A stretch of DNA of 64,000 nt from Lepidodermella squamata. Its lineage: Eukaryota > Animalia > Gastrotricha. A program made the translations under genes and the position numbers. This document shows positions 14,176-26,901 of this stretch, in pieces (positions within the stretch are counted from its first letter, which is position 1; each line of letters begins with the position of its first letter). Location: NCBI GenBank assembly GCA_047495785.1, contig JBLDXI010000013.1, forward strand, positions 2,852,001 through 2,916,000, written 5' to 3'. The notes under the pieces were generated by a model. That model had not been told where the DNA came from. It made no database searches and saw only the letters and a program-made list of their open reading frames with translations.

Positions 14176-17100
14176 ATGACGTCTCGCAAGGTGCGCGAGT
14201 TGATCGACAACGTGCACTTTGACAACTACATTGCCGAGCTGAAGAAGCAACTTGCCAGTTCATCGCAGCCGCCTTTGAGTGCGTAGTCAATTGAAAAAAA
14301 TTAACCGCAAATAATCATTTTCAAATTTCAGTAAAATGCGGCATTTGCTCGAACAAAGACATATCGAACCTGCTGACCTGTTCGACATGTTGCAAGCTGT
14401 TTTGCAACACATGCTCAAAAAACGTGAGATGAATTATATTGTCGATTAAATGCATTCAAATTTGATGTTTTCTTAAGGTCGATGGTCATCGCTGCAAAAA
14501 CAGTCATTTTCTACCGATTCCTGCCGATGCCGATCTGAATTCGCTGGACATCGCGTCGCAATATGGCGTCGATCAGTGCTCGAATCATTCGAAGACACGT
14601 GAATACTACTGTTCAACTTGCGATCTTCCGCTGTGTTCTGGTTGTTTGATCGACAAAACTGCTCCTCACGCCGGCCATGAGATGATGGAACGTGCCGCTT
14701 GCGTGACGAGTGACCAAAAAATCGACGAAGTTATCGAATTTGCGCGTCTCGTCGAGTCTCATCAAGTTACATCAGCTCGCATTTGCCTCGATGAATTGAT
14801 GAGTTTGAAATCAACGACAGAGCGAAACGCGCATATCTGGCTCGCATTCTCTGAACGAATCACGCAATTTGTAGAACGGTTCATTCAAAACCGGATATCT
14901 GATTCAGCCCGAGCCAAAGCGCAACACTTGCTCGCTCAGGGTGTCGCAGCTAGCGGGGCTGCGGCAACTAACAAGCGGCTGATTGAATATTTGGAAAAAA
15001 TTAAGGGGGCTGAAGCTGACTCGGTTAACGGCGTTTTAGCCCATAATGTGCTCACCCGCCTTAAAAATGTAACGAGTGAGCCTGCGGTCTTAACGGGCTA
15101 TGCTGCCGATAAGACGAAAGAAATATCGGCCGGGGGAGATTCTGAACAATTTGACGATTTCATGACGAAATTCAAAGATTTATTCGAAGATCTTGCGTCG
15201 AAACTTAGCGTCAGTGAAGTCGCGACCAGCCCATCGTTCCTATCTGGTCGAATTTCTCTGCAACCATTGACGAATGCGTCGAGTGAAGATATTGATCGGA
15301 ACAAAGAGTACGAATTCGCTGAGCCGGTGCCAAACCCGGACGATGTGAACACGAAGGAAAATTTGCCTGAAAAAGTTGAAAACGAGCCTCGTGTCATGCG
15401 AGCTCCAAAATCGAAATTTGTCACCGTAGTCCACGTTGAGGGTAAGCGGTCAGTAAGTCCAAGTTCCAGCGTTTCGGTCAACAGTGATTCGATTTTGAGT
15501 CAGGAAATTCCGAAAATAACCGACTATCCCCCGCCGTATTCGTTGGAAAATGGCGATCATGTCCACATTGCTTCTATCAAGACCCCATTAGATTTTCATG
15601 TGAATAAACTGCGACATGAAACTTTGTTCCAACGAATCAAAGCTGAGTGCATGAATCACGGAAAAATGCCTGAGAAAACCCCGCCCGTTTTCGAGGTTCA
15701 AAAGCCGGTTCTAGCAATGTACAGTGCTGATAAAAAGTGGTATCGATCGCGAATAATCAACATCAGACCATCACCGGAAAATCCGAATCTACGCGATTTC
15801 CACATCCATTTTGTCGATTATGGCAATAAAGAATGGATTCCTGAGAATAGCGGTCGTCTACACTCGATCCCTCAGTCGCTGCTCATGTATCCACCTCAAG
15901 CTATTCGCTGTTCGTTGTACGGTATTGTGCCGAATTCCGCTAATGGGCGTTGGTCTGGCGAAGCTGTTGAGGCTTTTGCGAGTATGTTTGGCGGCAAAGC
16001 AGCGACTGTTTGCGTTTGTAAAGACCCGGCCTCCCAGGGCGTTCCAAACGCACCGTGGCAAATCGATTTGTACCATTCGGATGCAAGGTCAAAAGGTCAC
16101 ACCTCCTTCCGAGATTCGCTGATTTTTCTTGATTTCGGGTGTTTCCCGACCGAATTTTCATCAGCATCTCACCCCCTGGCCCCGCCTAGGCCAAACCCGC
16201 TCCCGGCGCCGAAATCAACGACCTTGAGTTACGTTCAAAAATCACCATTAATCACTAACGAGGCTTACGTAGCTGCTATAGCCCATGTCGAAAATCCGTG
16301 GCTTTTCTTCATTCACATCCTGGACGACGAAAGCAACGCGTTAGCACTCATGAATGCGAAGATTGATAGCCATTCAAAAGTGCACCTAGCCGCGTCACAT
16401 CGCGTGATGCCCGCATTCCGTCAGGGTTTACCTGTTATTGCGCCGTTTGGCGAAAAGTACTACCGCGGTCAAATTTTGAGACGAGACGAAAGTTCAAAAA
16501 ACAAACTCGTTGTCCGTTTTGTCGACTACGGAAATGAAGAATCTGTCGATATGAGCAAGATTTTGGAAATGCCGGATGAATTTATGGCGTTGCCAACTCA
16601 AGCTGTTCGTTGTCGATTGGACGGCGTGAAACCGATAGATGGCACTCAGTGGCCACGTGAGGCTTGCCGACTCATTCGAGGCAAGCCAAACGAATTTTTC
16701 GACGTGTTTGTCACTGCAAAATCACCGAATGGCAACCACTATTTCATTGAACTTTTCGAAATGGATGAAACTAAGGAGAATGCAAAATCGATTGCTGAGG
16801 CGCTAGTCGAAGCAGGTCATGCAATGAGGGAGATTAAACCCATCGAGCTGGGGCCAGCGAAAAGACCATCTTCAGCCAGTGATTCTAGGCCTGTTGAAGA
16901 TTTGAGCCGGCATAGCCTTCCTGATTATGTTGCCCCTCCTCTGGCCGCAAAACGGGTTATCGCGTCTGATTCGATGAGCAATTTCGAACTGCCTAAAACT
17001 ATCGTTGAGCCACCTGCTGCTCCAAACCAGCCTACAGTCGAGGACGAACCTGAGGGCATTAAGGTCACTGTGACCCATCTGTCCAGCCCGTCAGATTTCT

Positions 17101-19667
17101 ACGTTAGACCGTCGAAACTCGACCGATTCGTCGAAAGGGCCGAGCGTTCTTTGAAGTTGTTAGTCGATGCAAATCTGATTAGCAATATCGCCTGCGCTAC
17201 AAATGGCGATCTGGTTTGTTTCTCCGACGAAAGTGATGGTCGTTGGAAGCGTGGTAAGGTCACTAGTCTTTCAACAACAACTGATCTGAGCGATGTTGTC
17301 GATATTTTCCTCCGTGATTACGGTGAAACCGTTCCGGTTAAACTTGCCAATCTATCGAGAATCAATCGAAGTGAGGTCAGCCCGCTGGCTGAAAATTTAT
17401 TCGACGCCCCTGATACAGTGTACCGCTGCTCTCTGGACGGTATAAAACCCGCTGGTATGAATGGCTCGATTTGGTCGCGTAAAGCTACCGAATTAGTGAT
17501 GAAAGCGCTCGCCCTGGAAGTTGAAGATGATGGCGAAAAGAAAGAAGAAGTTGCGGCGAAAAAACCAACAGAGTGCTGGGCTCTGACCGGTGGGGTTCGC
17601 TATACCGAAGGGAAAATGGCTGGTCGTATTCCACTGAAACTTTTTGTCAAAGAAATTATTCCCGGGACGCCTTTCACTTTCGAAGGTAATTTTATTAATA
17701 TTAATATTTTTTAAGGATTTTTTATGTTTAATTGTGGTTTTTTCATCTCTCAGGGCAGAAGTTTGTGCCTTTGGCTGGCAAGCTTGTTGAAGAGGGCGTT
17801 GCGCTTTCAGATATTTCTTTCATATCATCCGACGCCTTACCGTCGTATCTCGTCTCAAAAACCAACGAAACATTTGAATTTACGATGCCGAGCGACGTCG
17901 CAGCGTGCGTTGCTAACCCGTTTTATGCACTGAACATTGATTTGCTGGCTGGGCGGTCAGAGCAGCAACCGGCATCTGCGTCCTCGTCGTCTACGCGAGA
18001 TGGGGATCGAATTTCAGCGAAAAGCAGTGATCTATCATTACGAGTCGACATTTTATCAGGAGCCGAGCAATCTCTGCCTGTAAAAATAAATCAAGCCATC
18101 CTGCACTCGATCAATGTTAAGGATGCTATATTCAATTTCGCCGACAAGGAAGCGACGGACGAAATCACTGCGAGGTGCCAGGCGTAAGTTTACTAGAAAC
18201 TTCTTTCAATTAAGACTACCTTATATTATATTATACTCGCGAAAAAATCGATACTTTTCGAGAAATTTGATCTCAACGCTTTTGATACTAACTGATCATT
18301 TGAATTAAAATGTATTTTTTCGGTGCAGATTTGGTGATGAGCTCGAGCCGATTACTGATTTGAGTTTGCTCGAACCCGGTATTACTGTCATCGCTTTCGA
18401 TTCGATTCGAGGTTGGTGGGCTCGGGGCATTGTTAAGGAGAAATGCCCGTCGTTTAACCCATCTCACAGCCCTCAATACTCGATTTATTTCATCGATTTC
18501 GGCTGCAAAGCGCCGGTTGATATTTCTTTCATTCGCATTCTTCCATCTTCAGAGGCCGCCGATGAATTGAGCCTCAAGCCATGTGCTCATTTTCCTATTG
18601 TTTTCCCCAATCTCTGTTTGTCTTCGGTTTTTGCACCGAAAGCCGAGGATTTTGTCGAATCTCTGAAAGATTTCGTTTTCACGCTTCAAATTTTTGCTCA
18701 ATTGCGTGATCGTAGTCTCGAATCCGTTGAATCTTACGGTGGTGTTTCTGCATATCTCGGCAAAGCCATTGTCGAATCTCGCCCTAGTCATGCCCCAGCT
18801 TCATCCCCGGCTCTCTTTGCTGAGTTAAGCAACTATCTCTACCTCCAAACCTACGCATCTGACGCTCAAGCGGATGATAAATTGATGTTAGCTTACAAGT
18901 TGCCTGTGATCAAAGACGCTGTGCCGTTCCCGGTGGTGATTTCCTATGTTGCGAGGCCGGATGTAGTCTGGCTGCAGCGACGCACTGAGGCGACTGAGCG
19001 GTCTATTCTTAAAATGAGGGCTGTTATTGAAGAATATGCTGCTGGTTGTAAGGCCCCGAAGCATTTAGATTCGATCATACCCGGGATGCCGCTTATTGTC
19101 TGCTGGCCACGCGATGACGGCTGGTATCGAGCCGTTTGCAAGGGAGTAAATGCCAGTTCTGCAACGATTCACGTCTACTTTGTCGATTATGGAAATGATG
19201 ACCGTAAGTTTGAAATGATTTTTTATGAGTGAAAGCTGTGTTGAGCCTCGTAAGACTGAGTAGATTGTTTTTAATCTAAAAAATTGGTAGAATCGTATAT
19301 TCTTGAATTCTAGCCTTTGTTTTTATGCATTTTAGGGATACTGGAGACTGTAATGCTAATTGCTTAGACATTTTCATTACCTCTAGAAATTTACCGAAGA
19401 TGAGTTTTAATGTATCTTGCAGATGTTCCCTTATCTTGCTGCCGTACTGTGCCATTGAAATTTTACGGCCGCGCCCCAGTATACGCAATGAAGGGCAGGG
19501 TATCTAAGCAATGCATGCAACGTCTCAAGTCGACGCCGATTAGCCAACTCGAAAACGTTGCTTGCTTTGCTCATTTGTCAACCGAACCTTCCGAACCCGG
19601 CATTTTCAAGTTCGATCTACTTCAAGACAACCCCAGCAGCCCCGGTTACGTATTGCTCCAGCTTTGA
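14176..19667 (+). CDS. B-box + five extended Tudor domain protein, qin/kumo / RNF17 (TDRD4)-like piRNA factor; 6 exons
   Basis: B-box-like CGIC...CSTC..FCNTC and CSNH...YYCSTCDLPLCSGC...HAGH; Tudor cores WYRSRI..FVDYGN, YYRGQI..FVDYGN, WKRGKV..LRDYGE, WARGIV..FIDFGC, WYRAVC..FVDYGN. Confidence 0.8.
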
Positions 19668-19876
19668 TACATCTTCGCCATCAAACAGGTTGAGTTGTTG
19701 TATAAAAAAAACCCTGCTATTTTTCACACCTGGTTGATTTGATTTTCCGGGTATTCTCCTCTAAATCCCTATGTTTACTCAGTAAAAATTCATTTTTCCC
19801 TTTTCCGCACGTGATCTTCACTATTGCTATTTCACCCCTCGCCTGCTATTCATTTAGGTATAATTTAACGTTTGAG

Positions 19877-21055
19877 ATGACTCAGGCGGTTAAGGTGGAT
19901 ATTGATGAGGCTGCGTTGGCTGAATTGCTGGAAATTGCGAAGACGGACAAGTCGAAAATTGTTGAGATTTTATCGAACATCTCCGGCTTGAGCGGCACTA
20001 ATGAGGGCTGCGCATTGCTTTTCAAGTCCGTCAATAAAATCCTACCACTAATGGCGTCTAACTACATGCTGCCCAGCGAAACAGCTGGTATCTCGAAAAT
20101 TAAGCTGCATGTCTGTTCAGCTCTAGCTAACATGCTAGCGTCGGGTCAAAGCAAAGACGACTCTGAAATATCGAGCATATGCGCGATTTTGTCGAAAGAA
20201 AGCGTGTTGAAGCGTGCGATGAAGGACTCGATGAAAGAAGCCGATGAAGATCATAAACTGCTGCGGCTCCGAACTGTCATTCTACTCGGTAATGCAACAG
20301 CCTTATCCACCTTAGTCTGCTCGTCCCTCCTGGCGTTTATCAACAAACCGACCCATCAAAATATGAATATTCTCGAGAAAATGTACATGTTATCGCTGGA
20401 TATGAGCGAGTTGGGAACGGCTTTCTTATGCCTGGTGTCTAATTTGACTCAAATTCCTGAGTTCCGAACTTGGATGTTGTCACCTAAGGCGTCTGGCCAA
20501 GAAATCCGCCTTAAATCTCTGCTGCCTTTCGCGAATTACTCGCCGAATCTACGCCGTCGTGAGGCTGTGATTGCAGCGATAAAAAATTGTTGTTTCGCCT
20601 CTGATTACCACGAAAAATTGGTGGATCAGAACGTTCTTAACGTTATACCTGTCCTGTTGTTGCCTCTTGCGGATGGTTCTCAAAAGTTGACTGACGAAGA
20701 AAATGGTCGTCTACCGGTTGAATTGCGGTATTTGGACGCTGATAAGAAGCGGGAAGAAAGCGCGACAATTCGACTGGGCATTGTTGAAGCTTTTTATCAA
20801 TTATGTGCCACTAAATTAGGCCGCGAGGCTCTTCGAAATTCCGGGGCTTACTTGATTTTACGCGAATACCATCGTTGGGAGGAGCAGGTGGGTAAAAATG
20901 AAACGATCAACGCTCGTTTGTTCGACGTGATTGAAATTATCATTTCTGACGAGCATGTCGACGAAAAGTTTGAAGATCTTCATAAGCTGGAAATTCCCGA
21001 CGATTTGAAGGAGAAATTCGCGAAGGAAGCGACGGAAGAAACCAAAGAGAATTAA
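19877..21055 (+). CDS. HGH1: HGH1 (FAM203) eEF2 chaperone; intronless
   Basis: NLTQIPEFR, RRREAVIAAIKNCCF, LLLPLA, LPVELRYLDADKKRE, QLCATKLGREALR..GAYLILREYHRWE. Confidence 0.9.
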   Translation: MTQAVKVDIDEAALAELLEIAKTDKSKIVEILSNISGLSGTNEGCALLFKSVNKILPLMASNYMLPSETAGISKIKLHVCSALANMLASGQSKDDSEISSICAILSKESVLKRAMKDSMKEADEDHKLLRLRTVILLGNATALSTLVCSSLLAFINKPTHQNMNILEKMYMLSLDMSELGTAFLCLVSNLTQIPEFRTWMLSPKASGQEIRLKSLLPFANYSPNLRRREAVIAAIKNCCFASDYHEKLVDQNVLNVIPVLLLPLADGSQKLTDEENGRLPVELRYLDADKKREESATIRLGIVEAFYQLCATKLGREALRNSGAYLILREYHRWEEQVGKNETINARLFDVIEIIISDEHVDEKFEDLHKLEIPDDLKEKFAKEATEETKEN

Positions 21056-21133
21056 AAAGAAATTTAGATCGAGCCGATATTTTACTAAATATTATCGCTT
21101 TATTTGTTATGTAGAATCTTAAATTTATTTGAG

Positions 21134-22680
21134 ATGGCTCAGTTTACAATGCTCAAGTTACTGGTTGGATTCGCTCTGGTCAGCTGTATCTATGCTGGCA
21201 AAGGCCCGGTAATGGAACTCACCGACTCGTTTTTACAATCTGATCTTGGAAGTGACCCTTGGTATTTCAATTTTAATTTGAATTTTTTGGACTTGAAATT
21301 TGATGTTTTTTCAGGTTCATAGCCTTCTATAGCCCTTCCTGCGGTCATTGTAAGAAGCTGGAACCAGCTTTTGACGAAACCGCACGGCAACTGGCTCAAA
21401 GCAAACCAAATGTACGCGTAGCTCGAATTGATGCGACGGCAAATCGCGCCTCGGCCGATAAATACGGCGTGAACGGCTACCCGACTATTGTTTTGCTCAA
21501 CAAGGGCGAGGTGCATCACTACAACGGCGATCGATCAGTCGAATCTATGGTCGGATTTGTTGACCGCATGTCTGCACCGGCTATTACTGAAATCAATACT
21601 GATAAAGAACTGGAAGCTGTTCTCAACGGAATAACTAAAGACTCTGCCTATCTGTACGTGGGTGACAAATCATCGGCGAAAGATAATTTGTTCGGCGATT
21701 TTCAAAAAATGGCCGAGCGTCGCAGGGCTCATAACAGGTTCTACTTGATCCCGAAATCGGCTATACTTGAAAAATTGGGTTTCAAAGTATTTCGAACACC
21801 ATCGGTTTTCGCAGCTAAAAGTCGCGATGATTTCGAGGAATACTACCCGTCAAAAGATAAATGGACCCTGCCATTTGACCAGTGGATTATCAGCGAACGT
21901 TTTGCGATTGTCTCCCGCTTTTCGGCCTACGACGGTTACGCATCTCGCGATTTGAGTAAATTAGTCATTTTGTTCCTAGTCAAAGAAAAACCAACCGATG
22001 AGCAGTTGGAAATAATGACTCGAGCTGCTAGAACCGCCCGGGGTCGTCGCTTCGTTTTCGCTTGGACAAACGATTCTGAGACTCATAATCGCGTTGTTGG
22101 CTGGTTTGTCAAGCCGCCATCTCTGTTGTGCATGAATTTGACGGACTTATCGTACTACGACCCGGCTGATCAACACGAGGCGATTAGCATGTCGAATCAC
22201 CACAAACTTCACCCGAATCACCAAACATCGACGAGTGCTACTGCTATTGAAACTTTCAACAAGCTGAGTGATTTCATCGAATGGGTTGATATTATCCGCT
22301 ACGCACCTGATCATCGATATTTGCTGCAGAACATGGTGAAAGGCGGCTTGGGTCTGAATATGAGATTAAGGCGGATGTTTTTCACTGTTGTCGAGTTTTG
22401 CGTCAACGTCTATAACGAGTCGATAATTCTGTTTCTGTTGTTCTTCGGACTGCCCCTCGGGCTGTTTTCGCTGCTTTTCTATCTGCTGTGCTGCTCTGGC
22501 GATGCCTCAGATGCGGGCAATTACGACGATCTGGGCTCGGACGACGAGGGCGAACTGCTGGAGGATGAACGTGCTCAATTCGGCCGAGAAATGGAAGAGG
22601 GCGGCTTTGAACCCGGCGAGGAGGATGAGGCTGGAGAGATGCGACGCAGGCCGATGCTGCGCCAGGCTGAAGAAAGCTAA
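21134..22680 (+). CDS. TMX3: Transmembrane protein disulfide isomerase TMX3-like; 2 exons
   Basis: Signal peptide, W|FIAFYSPSCGHCKKLEP, GVNGYPTI, C-terminal TM LFLLFFGLPLGLFSLLFYLLCC followed by an acidic tail. Confidence 0.85.
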
Positions 22681-23316
22681 ATAATTTGATAAATTCTCAA
22701 ATTTCCTTCAATTTCCAGTTTTTGAGCGAATTTCCTTTGTGAATTATGATTATACCTTAAACATTGAGGTAGAATTTAGACATATTTCTAATTAGATTAT
22801 CTCTAGTTACAAAATGGGAAATTTTCTTCTCGCCTCAAGTTTGACTCCAAATTTTCAATTATCGGTTATGATGGTAAAATCGAACATTCGAAATATGTCT
22901 ATAGGTTAATCTGACGTATCAAAAGGTGATCTCTGGTCTGCGTTTTTGTGTGTACTTCACTTTCCGCGATAAAATGTCCTCCTCTTCGGCGCTTTTCATG
23001 TCCTTCAAAACGGTGTGAAATTATTTCTTATTATTCGAGTCTTTTGACGTTACATTGAACGACGGTATCATTGCTAATTGTTAGTCATAAAAAAAATTGT
23101 TGAGTCTGGAAAAACAAAGCTTAATCAGCAAATAATTGCCAAAAGCTGAGCACTTTCATGTTTTTATATTGAAAAAGATTATTATAATTATATAAATGTT
23201 GTGTGTAGATTTTTTGCGAAAATATAATATCACGTTGTGAATTTTTTCTGAATTTTTTCCCTAGGTTTGTTGATTGTTGTGGATAGAGCTTATTTTTGTA
23301 CGATTTGAAACAAGAC

Positions 23317-25514
23317 ATGGAAAATGAGGATGCTCCGACGACCGAGCGCACGCCGCTGATTCAGCCAGTCCAGCCTGTCCCGCAGCAACGAACCAGCGGC
23401 GGCTCCTCGGTCGAAACGCGCCGGCCAGTTATCGCAGTCGCGCCGGTAAATGCCGACGAGCAGCCAGTCCCGCTCGCCCCGTCTTCCATGACCGCAGTCG
23501 GCGGCGTTCCGACGATAAATTGCCGCATTTGCCGATCGCTGATTGGCCTGGATGGTAAAATGAGTAACCACGTTGTGAAATGTCCGACCTGCAACGAAGC
23601 CACCCCGATTCGAGCGGCGCCAGAGGGTAAGCGCTACGTGCGTTGCCCGTGCGGGTGTTTGCTGGTCTGCAAGCAGTCGGCAGCCCGTATCAGCTGCCCG
23701 CGGGATCATTGCCGGCGTGTTTTAAATCTCACAGCTACTGGCGTCCAGCATGACGAATCGGATGCGGTGATTCGCAACGTTGGTAATCAACAGTATGGTA
23801 CTCAACAAGCTACACAACTTGTCGTTTCTCACTTGCAATGCCCGTCTTGCTATCTCTCGTTTCTTCTTCAAAGTGATCCGGTATAGTTTTTCTTTATATT
23901 TTTTATAGTAAAAATGTTAAAATATATTTTCAAAGTAAAATGAATGTAAGCGTACAGAACTAAGCGACAGGATGTATTGTAAGTTACGCAGCCGAAAGAA
24001 GTAGAGTGATGGGGGATCAGAAAATACATAAAATTGAAAAAATTCACCGTATTGCCTCAAATTCTAACCCGGGCTTATACGCTTTTGGGTACCGTGCTCG
24101 TTCGATCTTTGACGGTTTTTTTCGGCCCGAGTCGTTCGGTTGCCGATTTTCTTTCGCTGCTTTCCGTCTTTGGACGTTCGAATTTGATTTGGTAAATGAC
24201 TGACGCCACCTCCGGCTTTGAAGCTGGATTTCCTTGGCCTTCGCCGCGAGTTTTGACGATAAGTTTTCAAAGACCTCGCTGAGATCGAACGCTGATACTT
24301 CGCCTATATTGTCGACGATAAAATTAGTCAACCTCTCGGTCCAACGTTTTCGTTCATTGCAGGGTAAGCTAATTCGGTAGAGCAGTAAAACTTGGCGACA
24401 CGGTATTTGTTTATTCATTCAATAAGTTCTCAAATTCATATCTGAATTTTTTGGGGATTTTAAAGCGGCTGCAGTGGACTGTTTGGCTCTTTCCATATCT
24501 TCAATCACCAACTTTAACCGAGCCACTTCTTTCTTGGCCGATTAGTCGGTTCTTCTGTGCACACACTTAGACGATCTCGTCCTAGTTGGCTTTAATTGCC
24601 GCTGTTGTTTCGAGATCGTGAGCCCTTTTTATCAAGGCTTTTCACCGGTTCTTTGGGGTGAATTTCAAGTGTGTTCGCTGAAATCGTAGAAAATGAATAC
24701 AAAAAATTACTGTTCAGTATCTTCAATTTTGTAGAATTACCGAATTTGCCTGGGAGCTGCTGGATCGCGCAAATGGATTTTTCCGGCGATTTGAAGGCGG
24801 CTGATGTTTATTTTTTCGACTCGCACACGAGGTTGCATGCTTCCATCAAAGAAACAGCGCGAACAAAAACAGAACAAAAATGCTCAAAAATGCTTCAAGT
24901 TTGTAAAAATACCGAAATTCGGTTGCACATCATTTGAGAAAATTTGAGAAGGCGCCAAGTTGACTGTTAGGCATAAAAAGCAATGATAACGGCGAAGAAA
25001 AAGCTCGTTGAGAGCTACAACTGTGAGAGATTCAAAGCTTCAAAGTGTGTCTACTTTTCCTGTGCGTAGTAGCTTTTGTTTGTTGGAAATAGTCATGCGA
25101 CTAGGCATGATAGTTTGATAGAAAAAATATAAGGATTCTAACATATCAGATATTTTTGCAAATGTTTCTTGTGTTTTTTAGTCTACCCCTTACGCAAGAT
25201 GTCCCCACTGCTCAGCTCGTGCCGTGTTGAACAAAGGCTACGTCCGCCGGCGGATAATCGCATTCAGTGTGATTGCCTCCCTGCTCCTGGCAGGCGGAAT
25301 CGCCGCTCTCGTCCTGCTAATGCCGATGACATTCGAGCAGAAAAAGTACGGTCTCATCGCCGCGTGGGGATCTCTCTTCGTTCTTAGCATCATTTTCGGC
25401 ATCTTCGCCGTCTACTTCGCGATGATCAAGGTGGCCAAGGTGATGACGTCGAACACGTCATCTTACGGCAACAACGTCAACGGCAACGGCAACGGTCGCT
25501 ACGCCTATGCATAA
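23317..25514 (+). CDS. PIP4P1: TMEM55/PIP4P phosphatidylinositol 4,5-bisphosphate 4-phosphatase; 2 exons
   Basis: ERTPLI dileucine-type motif, INCRICRSLI, HVVKCPTCNEATPIRAAPEGKRYVRCPCGCLLVCKQSAARISCPRDHCRR (CX5R intact), ARCPHC, two C-terminal TMs; intron 23881-25181. Confidence 0.9.
24044..24850 (-). pseudogene. Degenerate antisense coding remnant nested in the PIP4P intron (unknown gene or transposon)
   Basis: 124-aa ORF preceded in frame by KEVARLKLVIEDMERAKQ...; in-frame stops upstream; host-style 63-nt GT-AG intron at 24740-24678. Confidence 0.35.
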
Positions 25515-26018
25515 TCATCTGATAAGCAGTGTACAGATTACCGTAAGAAGAAAAATACCTACACAAAACGAAGTTCTTTCATGTGACTGACAGACCAATT
25601 TTTGGGCTTGAAAAATTGCCTGCATTTGAAAATATTCCGACTATAAATACTTAATGTTATACTACTCGTAATAAAAGCCTTCGACTTTTTAAGTCTTCTT
25701 CTACCATATCCGCTGAAATTTGAATCAATGATTGTACGGTGCATTTTACGCAACTATATTATGAATTTTCTTGATATTAATTTATTACTTGACAATAATA
25801 AAAATAATCGCATGCTTTTGAGCCTTGTCTGTGTGTGTGAAGCTTTTACGCGCTGCTGCTTTCTCGAACAATTTTTTTTGGTTGGCGACACGTTGCTGTC
25901 GTGTTACATTCTTATCTTGCTACGGACGGTGAAACGACTTGTGATACATATATATGAGCTTTTTGAACGACGTGAAACGTATGACCGCTCTTGTGTTATA
26001 ATTAACATTTCAATTTCG

Positions 26019-26560
26019 ATGGGCCCCATGATCACTTCTCGGGCTTGTTGTCTTCTTTCTCAACAGACGTATAATATCGAAAATAAAACGTATTACATGC
26101 ACATTTCTCTCGCGTAGAACTATCGTAAAACTGTTGTTCAATTCGGCTCGATCGCTTATTTCGCGTCTTTTGATCACCCGATCCATGGCTAGCAAGGTTG
26201 AGCGCAGAAAATTGACCGCTGAAGAGCGATCTGGTGCTTACCTGAGCGATTTGCTCAACAACGGCTGGGCTATGGTTGAAGGTGGACGCGATGCGATTAA
26301 AAAGGAGTTCAAGTTCAAAGACTTCAACGCCGCCTTTGGGTTTATGACCCGTGTTGCGCTGAAAGCCGACAAATTGGACCATGTAAAATATTTTTTCAGG
26401 AATTTTCTCAAAATTCTAAACTTTTTCATTTTAGCATCCTGAATGGTTCAATGTGTATAACCGAGTCGAGGTTACGATGAGTACCCACGATTTGTCTGGT
26501 TTGTCGACATATGACGTCGAAATGGCCAAATTTATGGAGGCTGTCGCTGAAAAGCAGTAA
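26019..26560 (+). CDS. PCBD1: Pterin-4-alpha-carbinolamine dehydratase (PCBD/DCoH) with predicted mitochondrial presequence; 3 exons
   Basis: [33 protein letters not shown]|[19 protein letters not shown]; introns 26069-26117 and ~26383-26434. Confidence 0.9.
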
Positions 26561-26901
26561 AAATTCTTGCCACGAAAATCACTGTATTTTTATCGAAGAA
26601 AAATGCTCTCTACTACTATTCCAAAAAGTAGATGTTAGTTTGTGATAATTTTTGAAAATGGTGTCTGACTATACCATGTGGTCTTCCCGCAATATTCTGA
26701 GATCATTCGCACTTCTCTTGACACATTATAAAATATGCTGCAATAAAATGGGTTTATATCGAATTTCCGTCTTATTGGCCCGATGGGAGTGATTTGTCGT
26801 CAAAGTTAGAATGACGGCGTTGTTTGCGTGATTCACTATGAGTAACCAAGGCTCGAGCAGTGTTCCTGATTTTTCAAATAATTTTACACTTAAATTCGTC
26901 A

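Noticed and set aside
19212-19260. Box C/D snoRNA in the last Tudor-gene intron
   Set aside because: Too short, weak box C, no terminal stem and no recognisable rRNA complementarity
26131-26185. Non-AUG (CTG/TTG) start for the PCBD mitochondrial presequence
   Set aside because: An upstream ATG exon joined by a normal 49-nt GT-AG intron explains the extension in frame
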